A stretch of 64,000 nucleotides of DNA from Scyliorhinus canicula. Taxonomy: Eukaryota. The stretch spans positions 149,249,772-149,313,771 of the forward strand of contig NC_052153.1 in NCBI RefSeq assembly GCF_902713615.1, given 5' to 3'. The notes beneath the pieces are model-generated. The model searched no databases. It was not told the origin of the DNA and saw only the letters and a list, made by a program, of their open reading frames with translations. The position numbers and the translations under genes are program-made. Shown here one piece after another: positions 12,019 to 22,401 of this stretch (within the stretch, counting starts at the first letter, position 1; the number at the start of each line of letters is the position of its first letter).

Positions 12019-12332
12019 GTGCGACTGTCCTGTTGTACACCTTACAACCTTCTGCCTTCTGCCGATAGCTGGATGTCACATGACTGATGCCTGACGCCAC
12101 CTGCTGGTTGGAGTTCACACTGCTGAGTGCATGTAATATTGTTCGCAGGCATAGTACACCTAGGCATTTGAAGCTGTCAACCATCTCCACCTCGGCACCA
12201 TTGATGCAGACAGGGGTGTGTACGACACTTTGCTTCCTGAAATCAATGACGAGCCCCTCAGCTTTGCTGACATTGATGGAGAGATTGTTGTCTATACTGT
12301 TGTCTATACTGTTGTCTACAGTGTTGTCTATA

Positions 12333-12498
12333 GGGCTGATTTAGCTCAGTGGGTTAGACAGCTAGTTTGTGATGGAGAATAAGGTCAGCAGTGCAGGTTC
12401 AAATCCTGTACCAGCTTACCTGAACAGGTGCCAGAATGTGGTGACTAGGGGTTTTTCACAATAACTTAATACTTGAGACAATAAAAGATTATTATTAT
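12333..12498 (+). mobile_element. tRNA-head SINE with Rex1-type tail
   Basis: Similar to 11846-12018; GGTTCAAATCC B box; (ATT)n end. Confidence 0.7.
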
Positions 12499-12653
12499 TG
12501 TATTTGCGCCATGCCACTAGACTCTCTACCTCACTCCTGTAATCTGACTTATTACTGCTGGCAGTTCAATAATTACAGAATGACTTGGACAAAACATGTT
12601 TCATGTATGCAGAACAAGGATATGAAATTTAATGCAGATTAATGTAAAATCTT

Positions 12654-12881
12654 AAAAAATATATATTTAGTGTACCCAATTCATTTTTTTCCAATTAAGG
12701 GGAAATTTAGAGTTTTCAATCCACCTACCTTGCACATCTTTGGATTGTGGGGGGCAAAACCCACGCAAACACGGGGAGAATGTGCAAACTCCACACGGAC
12801 AGTGACCCAGAGCTGGGATCAAACCTGGGACCTCAGCGCCGTGAGGCAACAGGGATAACCCACTGTGCCACCCTGCTGCCC
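12654..12881 (-). mobile_element. Short poly-A V-SINE
   Basis: 15-bp TSD TTAATGTAAAATCTT at 12639-12653 and 12882-12896. Confidence 0.88.
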
Positions 12882-13442
12882 TTAATGTAAAATCTTTAAT
12901 ATAGGATGGGAATGTAGCCCACAAATATACTCTGTGAATAGTCTTTAAATAGTCGAGGATGAAGCTGAAGGAGATAGTCGCCACACTGTTCGGTAACACC
13001 AATTTAGAATGTCCAATTTACCTATTATAAATTGAGACCAGCAAGTTTGTGATTCAACAGACGCCAGAGCGCTCCCATTAGCCACAACATATCCCAAAAA
13101 TGCCAGACCTCACGCTGTGTCTAATATTCCCCATATTACATACCTCCCCAGAACCACTTATGGGAACCAAGACTCACTTATATTGCTTTAAAACTTACAT
13201 TTGAAGGGTGGTACTTTTCAAAATAAGCAGTGCTCCCTATATATAAATGTGTTTGCAGCCTCTCTGATCACATCTTTCTGGTAGCAGATGTTGACACAAT
13301 TCTATCGACACCCGTGAAGACTGAAATAAAACAGAAAATTCTGGAAATTCTCAGCAAGTCTGTCGCCACCTTTGGAAACCAGAACATTTCAGGTTTTTAC
13401 ACCTTTCATCGGAACAGAAAGGAGTCAGGGAGTGGGGGTGGT

Positions 13443-13637
13443 ATGTGGTGCAGTGGTTAGCACTGGGACTACGGCACTGAGGACCTGGGTTCAAATCCCG
13501 GCTCTGTCCGTGTGGAGTTTGCACATTCTCCCCGTGTTTGTGGGGGTTTCGATGTGCAGGTTAGGTGGATTGGTCATGCTAAATTGCCCCTTAATTGGGA
13601 AAAAATAATTGGGTACTCTAAATTTATAAAAAAAAAG
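13443..13637 (+). mobile_element. Short poly-A V-SINE just upstream of BDP1 promoter
   Basis: V core and AATTGGGTACTCTAAATTTATAAAAA tail. Confidence 0.8.
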
Positions 13638-13692
13638 GACAGAAGTCTGACTTCTGTTGTTGCAAGGCTTTGCAACACCTGCAAAATGCGGT

Positions 13693-13712
13693 GCACGCTG
13701 GGAGATGCAGTT
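13693..13712 (-). promoter_or_regulatory. ZNF143/Staf-type binding site (reverse)
   Basis: Reverse complement reads AACTGCATCTCCCAGCGTGC, close to ACTACAnnTCCCAnnATGC. Confidence 0.6.
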
Positions 13713-13727
13713 GGCCAGGGCCCGGCG

Positions 13728-13748
13728 GACTACAACTCCCGTGAAGCC
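13728..13748 (+). promoter_or_regulatory. ZNF143/Staf-type binding site (forward)
   Basis: GACTACAACTCCCGTGAAGCC matches the ACTACAnnTCCC motif. Confidence 0.75.
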
Positions 13749-13759
13749 GTGCGGCGCCC

Positions 13760-13969
13760 AGAGGCTGATGGGATAGCGGGCTGCTGGAGGAGGAGGAGGA
13801 GGAGTGAGGGAGGGAGGATGGGCGGCCGAACCTGGATTGCGGTCGGGTTGTGAGGGCGCTCGGCAGTGGATGAGGACAGCACGTGTCCGGTGGGGGTCAC
13901 AGGGAGCTGCTCACACCACCACCAGCTGCAGCAGCAGGTGTGACAGGCCGGCCCGGGCCGCTCTGAGAG
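13760..13969 (+). other. BDP1: BDP1 non-coding exon 1 (5' UTR; start approximate)
   Basis: Within CpG island, ends at GAG|GTGAGT; the next exon acceptor (TTGCAG|G, 18522/18523) lies 1 nt before the ATG, so an upstream exon is required. Confidence 0.65.
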
Positions 13970-14431
13970 GTGAGTAACCAGGGACTGGGGTGGCTGGTGA
14001 GAAAGGCCCCGAGCGGGATCCATGCCTCGGTGTAAAACTTTCATCGCTGACAGCTCCGTCCCGCTGTGATTGGACCCTGTCTGCACTTGTTTCCAGCGTG
14101 TGCGGTACTTTTAAACACCCAGTAAGAGACTCGCCACCTCCGACTGTGCTCACAACTTTTAAAACTATATTCCTACATTCTGACAATTTTACATTTATTG
14201 TTCAGATTGCCCCTTTATTGTCTGTTTTGATGTCAGAGTTAAGTTTTATTGCAACTGTGTAATTGCTGACTGCCTGGGATTCAACGATGTAGTACGGAGA
14301 ATGCCAGTTTGATAATATAGACATGGATAATTGTGAACCATGGGATATTTAAAAGCATTGTTTCCTGCTAACTTCACCCGTTACTGGCTTTCTGTCTATA
14401 TCTTTTGCCCATGTATCTCCCATGAAAAGTC

Positions 14432-14710
14432 ATGACTCGGTGGTAGCTCTTCGGCCTCTGAGTCGAAAAGTCACAAGTCGAAGTCTGACTCCAGTTGTTT
14501 TAGCCCATAACCTAGGTTGACACTTGCCTTTGGTTACTGAGTGCTGGTTCTTTTATATAAGATGTTAAAGAGAGACAATCCTCACTGCCCTCTCAGCTGG
14601 AATAAGAGATCATTTGGCATTATATTGAAGAAGAGCAGGTGAATTTTCTTATTTTTGAAAGAATATTTGTCGCGGAACCGTTGGCACCATTGAAATAGTT
14701 TAACCGGTCA
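14432..14710 (+). mobile_element. Old Deu-domain SINE (SacSINE1/AmnSINE1-like); tail resumes ~15305-15368
   Basis: GATGTTAAA...TGCCCTCTCAGCTGGAATAAGAGATC..TGGCA..ATTGAAGAAGAGCAGG resembles Deu domain; similar to 54551-55163. Confidence 0.6.
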
Positions 14711-15007
14711 TAGAACATAAAACATAAAGTGCAGAAGGAGGCCATTCGGCCCATCGAGTCTGCACCAACCCACTTAAGCCCGCAATTCCACCCTATCCCC
14801 GTAACCCAAAAACCCCTCCTAACCTTTTTTGATCACTAATGGCAATTTATCATGGCCAATCCACCCAACCTGCACGTTAGGAAACCGGAGGAAACCCACG
14901 CAGACACGGGGAGAACGTGCAGACTCCGCACAGACAGTGACCCAGCAGGGAATCGAACCTGGGACTCTGTTGCTGTGAAGCCACAGTGCTAATCACTTGT
15001 GCTGCCC
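14711..15007 (-). mobile_element. HE1/V-SINE, CR1-type tail
   Basis: V core with TTCTATG-type tail. Confidence 0.85.
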
Positions 15008-15020
15008 ATAAATTATCTGC

Positions 15021-15298
15021 ACGGTGACACACTGAGTGGTTAGCATTGCTGCCTCACAGTGCCAAGGACCTGGGTTCGATTCTGGCCTTGAGTGGCAGAC
15101 TGTGTGGAGTTTGCACATTCTCCCAGTGTCTGTGTGCCCTCCCACAGTTCAAAGATGTGCAAGTTAGGTGGGTTGTGTGATGCGTGTGGGGTTATGGGAT
15201 AGGGTGGGGGAGTGGGCATCAGTAGAGTGCTGTTTTGAGGGTCAGTGCAGACTCGATGGGTTGAATGACCTCCTTCTGCTCTATAGGGATTCTATGGA
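15021..15298 (+). mobile_element. HE1/V-SINE, CR1-type tail
   Basis: V core, GGGATTCTATG end. Confidence 0.8.
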
Positions 15299-15506
15299 TC
15301 TCGATGATGTTTGTGAAACTTCACTGTGTGCACAAGAGTACTTAATTTATTTGTAAGTACTTTGTGATGAATTCTCCCTCAGTGTACCCAGAGAGGCGCC
15401 GTACTGTAGTGACTAGGGGATTTTCACAGTATCTTCATTGCAGTGTTAATGTAAGCCTACTTGTGACAATAATAAAGATTTAAAAAAAATTACTGAGGGC
15501 AGTATG

Positions 15507-15670
15507 TTTTTTATAACTTTAGAGCACCCAATTCATTTTTTCCCATTAAGCAACAATTTTAGTGTGGTGCACCTATCCTGCACATTTTTGGGTTGTGGGG
15601 GCGAAACCCACGCAAACACGGGGAGAATGTGCAAACTCCACACGGACAGTGACCCAGAGCTGGGATCAAA
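15507..15670 (-). mobile_element. Short poly-A V-SINE (head lost)
   Basis: V core and poly-A tail. Confidence 0.75.
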
Positions 15671-15719
15671 CCGGCCCTGGGCGATTCCCCGACCCTGCGG
15701 GGGATCGGAGAATTCCGCC

Positions 15720-16236
15720 CCTGTTCTCCAGGTCCTCCAGCTTCTCCTGCATTCTTTTCTGGCGGTCGTTCATCACCTCCACCTTGGTCTCCAGCACGGT
15801 TATGTATTCCTCGTGCTCGGACACCTTTTTCTCCACCTCCTGGATCGCTCTTCCGTGGGTCTCTTGATTCTGCACAACTTGATCATTCGAAGCCTTAATC
15901 GTGTCCAGCATGTCCTCCTTCAGCTTGGCGAAGCAATCTTCGAAAAACTTCACCAGCTGCTCCGTCGACCACTGTGCCGTCTCGCCGTAGCCCTTGCTCA
16001 CCGCCATGCTTTCCCGCGTTATCGGCTCTGCTCGCATCTTCCTTATAGGACTTTATCTTCTCACACAGCCACTTCTAGTCCAATTCTCCATACACCGGAG
16101 GGGGATTTCTCCTCGCTCTTCACCAATTTTATCCCATAAAATCCGGAAAGAAACGGGGGAAAAAGGTCCAAAACTCCGTCACAGACGGGAGCTATCAAAT
16201 GTGTGACCTACTCCTCCGTGGCCACCATCGGAAGTC
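15720..16236 (-). mobile_element. L1 5' end (5' UTR + ORF1 coiled coil), 3'-truncated
   Basis: Starts GACTTCCGATGG; ORF ...IQEVEKKVSEHEE...EKLEDLENR. Confidence 0.8.
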
Positions 16237-16794
16237 AACCACCAGCACTTTCTTAAATGCTATCCCAGCCAGCCAGTCAGAGTAAAAATTCATTTGAAAA
16301 AGGTTAGTCTCTTGACGATGAGCATTCTTCAGCAAGGGATGCTGATTGGACCTTGAGATGCTGATGCAAGGCCCCATTTTCTATACTGGTCTTCTAGGTT
16401 AGGACATTCTTGAAGCGGTTCGCCCATCTCTTCAGTCATGTTGGTCAACAAGATTGAGCCATCAATGCTCTTTAGAATAGTAGTGCTTTCAAATAAAAGA
16501 TAATGGATAGTTTGTAATGGCTCATAGAACTCTTTTTATATCCTGCTCGTTGGCATCCATGTAGATTTTTAATATTTGAGAGTGAAACCATCCAGTTTGG
16601 AGATTTGTCCATTTTGAATTCTATTATTATCTTTTTTAAACTTGTGTTAAGTCAAATAGGCTCACTCTTGACTTTTTACAGCTTACATTTTGTACTGTTA
16701 CTCAACTAAGAAAAATGAGGTGACTAGAACTGTTAGCCTTTTTCTTTCAAATGATCTTATCTCACGTAGCCTGTCCTGAAGATGGTGATGCGTA

Positions 16795-17320
16795 GCAGCT
16801 ACTTACATTTATATATTGCCTTTAACAAAGCTAAACCTTTCAAGGTGCTTGGAACCTTGGGAGAGTTATCAGACAAAATCTGACACCAAAGCTTTCTAAG
16901 GAGATGCTGACGCAGGTGAGCAAAAACATAGTCAAAGAGGTAGACTTCAGGGAGTATTTTGTAGGAGGGAAGAGAGGCAGAGAGATTTATTTGGGTAATT
17001 CCAACATTGGGCTCTAGGCACTGGACGTATGGCTACCCAGTGAGAAATAAAGGAAATCGGCGTAAAAGGCTGGAATTGGAGATTTCTTGGAAGAGGTTAC
17101 AGTGTTAGGCAAGGGTTTGAATGCATGAAAGATGATTTTATATCAAGGCATTTCTGGATTAAGAGCCTTTATAGGTCAACAAACAAAAAAATAGTGGGTG
17201 AATGGGACTTGGTGTTAATTGAGATATGGACAAAAGAGTTTTAGATGGACTCAAGTTGATGGAGGGGTGAAAATGTGATGCATGGTGGGGGAGCACTGGA
17301 ATAGTCAAATTTGGAGATAA
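16795..17320 (-). mobile_element. Degraded L2-like LINE 3' fragment
   Basis: Minus-strand end AAGGCAATATATAAATGTAAG resembles L2-type tails. Confidence 0.5.
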
Positions 17321-17322
17321 AG

Positions 17323-17666
17323 AGAACATAGAACAGTACAGCACAGAACAGGCCCTTCGGCCCTCGATGTTGTGCCGAGCCATGATCACCCCTACTCAAA
17401 CCCACGTATCCACCCTATACCCGTAACCCAACAACCCCCCCCCATACCTTACTTTTTAGGACACTACGGGCAATTTAGCATGGCCAATCCACCTAACCCA
17501 CACATCTTTGGACTGTGGGAGGAAACCGGAGCACCCGGAGGAAACCCACGCACACATGGGGAGGACGTGCAGACTCCGCACAGACAGTGACCCAGCCGGG
17601 AATCGAACCTGGGACCCTGGAGCTGTGAAGCATTTATGCTAACCACCATGCTACCGTACTGCCCCC
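17323..17666 (-). mobile_element. Young HE1/V-SINE, CR1-type tail
   Basis: Nearly identical to 2841-3178. Confidence 0.9.
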
Positions 17667-18523
17667 TAAGGAAGGATGAAGGTTTCAGCAGCAGATGGGC
17701 TGAGGCAGAAATGGTGTACCATTTCCCGTACCAGCCTCCCCGAACAGGTGCCGGAATGTAGTGATTAGGGGCTTTTCACAATAACTTAATTTTAAGCCTA
17801 CTTGTGACAATAAGCAATTTTCATTTTCATTTCAAATGGCTGATTTTTGTCAGCTACTTAACTGTAGTTGAATTTCTACCACTGTTGCCAGTCTGATCTG
17901 CTTCTGTCCACATCTTCACCAGAAATAGCTTGTTCTCTCCTCTGGCTTAGAGTGCTGATGTGATTGTTATCTGACCAGATGAGATTTAATGCAAACATAA
18001 AAATGAAAATGGGACTTTTAAGATCCAGCTCAATATGTCACTCTTGGATGTTTTTAACCATAGAGTTATTGGCCAGAGTATTTACCAGATCAACATATTA
18101 GACTGGGAAAGACTTCCTCCATCTACCCTGTCCCATACAGTTGTGATACCATGCGCAACTTGATCAAGTTACTCCTGGCCCACAAAATGCCAAGTAATCT
18201 ATTGGGAGAGGCGAGGAACTCGAATTTCTAAAAATGCCCATCCGCAAAAAGAAAATCTGGGAAAGTAATCACTTGGGTTGAGCATAGTTTGTGTGGTCCC
18301 TGTTGGAGCAGTTTTAAAACGTTATAATCTGTACCTAATATACAGTTTGAATTGTAGAGTGCTGTTACATCTATATTTTAACTCTCCTACAATTGGTGAA
18401 TGAACAATAAATTTCAGATTGAAAAATTAAGGGTTTTGAAGTATTTTCTGAGCTAAATCGAAGTGCTTAATTTGGAGGGTTTGATGTTATGAAATTCTGC
18501 AATGTTTTCCTGTACCTTGCAGG

Positions 18524-18783
18524 ATGTTTCGCCGCTCGAGACTCAGTATAAAACCTAATGTCAAACCTGGTGGAAGAGGTTCATCGCAAACTGCCAAGGA
18601 GGATGACAAGGCCCAAACTTCAGTTCAGCAACCAAGTCCAGAAAGAAAGGCTTCCAATGAAAAAGATGCTTCTGAGTCTCGAGCTGTGTTGTCAGTTCCA
18701 CCAGCACCACTACCCAATTCAGACATAGGACAGGAAGAAAAAGATGACCCTGATGAACAGCAAGAGAATGTTCCAGTTAACAG
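18524..18783 (+). CDS. BDP1: BDP1 coding exon 1 (MFRRSRLSIKPNVKPGGR...)
   Basis: N-terminus resembles vertebrate BDP1 (MFRRARLSVKPNV); acceptor at 18522, donor AG|GTTAGT, ends phase 2. Confidence 0.93.
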
Positions 18784-19164
18784 GTTAGTACTGAATTAAT
18801 TCAAATACAGGGTCCAAGGTATTGTTAAGGACAGGGCTGATGATAAATATCGAGTTGTTCCAAATCCCAGAAGAGAAACTTGAATCAACTGTAATTTTAC
18901 AATTTGGTTATAATATGAGAAAAGGTTGAAACCCAGAGAATTATGTCCCAGACGTTGTGATGATTTTAAATAAATGTATACTGAGCAATAAAAATAAAGA
19001 ACAATAAAGTAAACTAGAGGTACACAAAGTAAAAAAGACAATGGCTAGACACAGTATCACTAATTTTACACAGTTCCAAACAATCTTTACTTCACTACCT
19101 TCAGAACTAATTCTCCCCCAATGTTCCACAACACCTCAAAACTACAAAAATCCAGTAATGGTTA

Positions 19165-19345
19165 CTTTGTTTGGCCCCTTGTTCCGCACTGTAACCAATC
19201 ACTGTTTTGTCGATGTACCATTTGTCAATGTTCTCTGTTGATTATTCTTGTGTCTACTATGTACGTACTGTGTACGTTCCTCGGCCGCAGAAAAATACTT
19301 TTCACTGTACTTCGGTACATGTGACAATAAATCAAATCAAATCAA
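19165..19345 (+). mobile_element. Rex1/Babar-type 3' UTR
   Basis: ACTTTTCACTGTACTTCGGTACATGTGACAATAAATCAAATCAAATC tail, homologous to 6930-6980. Confidence 0.7.
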
Positions 19346-19968
19346 ATTAGAGATGTCTGATACCTTCCCCTCCCCTATCTCATCCCTCGACAGTACCTTA
19401 TCATGCAACCTCAGGCTCGGCAGCCCAGGGAACAATGGCACCTCTCTCTTTACAAAATCCAGGACCTGCAGGTACCTAAAACAGTTCCCCTGGGTATCTC
19501 ATACTCCTCTTCCAGGTACTCCAACCTCGCAAACTTGCCCCCTATGAACAGGTCAGCAAATCGCTCGATCCCTGCTCGTCGCCACCCCCGGAATCTCACG
19601 TTGTGGGTAATATTGTTGATACTTGGCCAGACCAGTCTCCCCTTGGCCCACATGACCTACTGTTGAAGTGGAAAACCATTCTTCTGCATCTCATCCTCTT
19701 TTGACCTCAAAGTTAATGTAGGCTAATTGATTTCTCAGTTAATTAAGCTATTAAACATCTTAGGAAGTAATTCTACCGTCATGATTTTACTAATTTGTTC
19801 CTTGTATTTCCATTAAGCGCCAAAATAGAAATTAAATGTGATGTTAGTTCGCACATGGTATTTCATTTGGACAATTAGTGATAAAGTAGGTTTTTCTTTA
19901 TTTACGTTTTTTCTAATTGGTATGTAAAATTAATTAAAACTTACAAACTTTTTCTTCTTTTTTTAAAG

Positions 19969-20575
19969 GAATGACAAAAATGATAAGGTTGGAGAATCTG
20001 GTGTCAACAGTAAACTCTCCATGGCACCTTTGCAAAGAAGGAAGCGTTTCTCCACCATGCCAAATTTGGCCAAACCCAGATCCACATCGGTGACTGTGCA
20101 ACCATCGAGCAGTGTCACACCAAAGTCTCCTCCTCGGCAACAAAGTCCATTAAATTCTGTTTCCAATGCGGTATCCATTCAAGGCAATGATTGTCCATCA
20201 CAGACCTCTACTACTGACAAACCGCTTCTGAGATCACAGGAGAAGCGAAAACCCTCTTCAGGACAAGATAACAAATTACCAGAAAAGCGAACTCCAATTC
20301 CTCAAGTACCTCAGTTCTCTCCAGTTAAAAACCCTGTGCACAAAGATTCAACGGTCGGAACCAACTCTGCTCGACTTCCGATGGCACGGAAGACACTGTC
20401 CACACCACTTAAAGAGAGGATTACCCCCAGTAACCCGCCCACAAAACGAAATGTGCCATCCCCAAGTCATTCGCCTGCACGTCCTAAGGCAGCAAAAATT
20501 CCATCTGATCTTGAGCGACTAAGGAAAGCTCGAAAACTGCGGGAACTGCTGAAAGAGGAGTTGAAGAAGGAGAAG
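19969..20575 (+). CDS. BDP1: BDP1 coding exon 2
   Basis: Polypyrimidine tract+AAAG acceptor; LQRRKRFSTMPNLAKPR and SDLERLRKARKLRELLKEELKKEK; donor AAG|GTAAAT; phase 2 to 0. Confidence 0.92.
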
Positions 20576-20822
20576 GTAAATTTGAATACATGTTGAGAGG
20601 TGTTTCTGTTGATAATTGCTTTCAATTATAACTTCTAAATTTAATTGTTCAGGAGAGTGGGAGCAAGGTTTTTTCCATGTTCCCATGGTGATGAAATATT
20701 ATCTTTTAGTTATTTAGATTTAATAAAATAAAATATCAAATCATTCTTTGGAAATTGAGCATGTAATACAAACTGGGACTCATGACTAAACTTCTAGGAT
20801 ACTTAACAAATGCAATTCTAAA

Positions 20823-21070
20823 TTGGGTCACTGCCTGTGCGGAGTCTGCATGTTCTCCCTGTGTCTGCGTGGGTTTCCTCGGGTGCTCCGGTTTCCTCCC
20901 AAAAAGTCACAAAAGGTGAGCTTGTTAGGTGAATTGAACATTCTGAATTCTCCCTCAGTGTACCCGAACGGGCGCCGGAGTGTGGTGACTGGGGATTTTC
21001 ACAGTAACTTAATTGCAGTGTTAATGTAAGCCTACTTGTGGCACCAATAAATATTATTAAAGATTATTAT
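20823..21070 (+). mobile_element. V-SINE, Rex1-type tail variant (5'-truncated)
   Basis: V core joined to TTTTCACAGTAACTTAATTGCAGTGTTAATGTAAGCCTACTTGTG, (ATT)n end. Confidence 0.8.
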
Positions 21071-21575
21071 TATATCCATTCAACTTGAGCAAATGGATCA
21101 CTATTTAGCATTATGAGTTGGATCACTAAAATGCTATGTTCCAGGAGGATAAAACATAGATTTGTGTTTGTAGTTCCTAAAACTGATGGTTTCCTAACTC
21201 AGGTGTAGCATCAAGAGGAAGAGGGAAAATCAAAAATCTAGTCACTCTAGGTAAGAGTTTTATACTTTTGAATGGCTCATCAATTCCATGGCACAGACTT
21301 TCAAGCATATTTTAGGCTTATTTGAGGTATATGTAGTAAGAAAAGAAAGAATCAATAGAATGCATATTGCACACAAGGAGGTCTTTCGGCCTTTGTGTCT
21401 GCAATGGCTCTCTGTAGTAACTACTTTGCTAGTCCCACTTCTGCCTTTTCCTAGTAGCCCTGCATATGTTGCTGATTTTTACAAATTTTTAAAAACAAAA
21501 TTGAGTAATATGCTATTTAAGATGAGCATATCAGAGAAAGTTTGCCTTATGGTGGTAGTTAAAATACTGGATGAG

Positions 21576-22158
21576 GGGCAGCATGGTGGCGCAGTGGTTA
21601 GCACTGCACCGAATATTGCTCAGCTATAATTTCTACCGGGTTTGGCATTCCTTGTGTTGCCATGAATATCTATTTCATAATTTGTATGTTTCAGAATATA
21701 ACTTTTCGTTTTAGGAGTTCAAGTTTAAAAAAAAAAGTTTTAACTGTAGAAAATGGGTGCTTCTGATTGAGAAGCAACTCTAAAGTAAATGTTATTCAAA
21801 CAAGCATGGAGTTAATTGTAGTTAAAACCTATCTTGTGTTTGTCCTACTAGGTCAGAGTTGATAGTGGGAAAGAAAAATTGAACATTGAGTGATCCATCG
21901 CCAGGCTTGTAATGGAGGCAGGGAATCTGGAGAGAGGGCAGTTAGAAATCCATTAGAAATATAAATTATTATAGCACCGAGGACGCGGCTTCGATCCCGG
22001 CCCCGGGTCGCTGTCCGTGTGGAGTTTTCACGTTCTCCCCGTGTCTGCATGGGTCTCGCCCCCACAACCCAAAGAGATGCAGGGTAGGTGGATTGGCCAT
22101 GCTAAAATTTCCCCTTAATTTGGGAAAAAAAATAATTGGGTACTCTAAATTTAAAAAA
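21576..22158 (+). mobile_element. Short poly-A V-SINE split by a ~361-bp insert (21613-21973)
   Basis: Head 21576-21612, body 21974-22158, GCACCGA repeated at both junctions. Confidence 0.65.
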
Positions 22159-22401
22159 ATATATCAATGATTCATGTGGGTTAGAGAACAATGGGCTAGT
22201 GCGCAATCAATTCCAGGCCTACTTTACCCCGAGTCACAACACAATTGAAACTAACAAATAATTTTTAGAAAATGCCAGACGTCTTTGGCTGCCCAATAGC
22301 TATAGTCACCGGGTTTGTAAATTTAAACATAATCCTTTTTTATTAATAACTGAGTAAATAGGCAGCAAATGCAACTGGTTATCTATTATCTCGCTCCTAA
22401 C

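Larger units (their letters stand above)
7554..12153 (-). mobile_element. Two-LTR Gypsy-like element with gag and degenerate protease only (non-autonomous)
   Basis: LTRs 7554-8111 and 11679-12153; PBS TGGTACTAGGAGTG (11665-11678, tRNA-Leu-like); PPT AGGAAGGGGGA at 8112-8122; gag remnant VAGPQAIELYHTF (10533-10835); Zn knuckles CQKCNNRHGPRQC/CSRCGRVGYFAKQC; protease-like 9122-9361. Confidence 0.85.
13685..14110 (+). promoter_or_regulatory. BDP1: CpG-island promoter of BDP1
   Basis: Non-repeat GC/CpG-rich stretch upstream of the first coding exon; contains ZNF143-type motifs and a consensus donor GAG|GTGAGT at 13969/13970. Confidence 0.8.

Noticed and set aside
12960-13320. Minus-strand donor-like sites (~13020, ~13199) as exons of a divergent gene
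   Set aside because: No recognisable ORF or partner exons; not supportable from sequence alone
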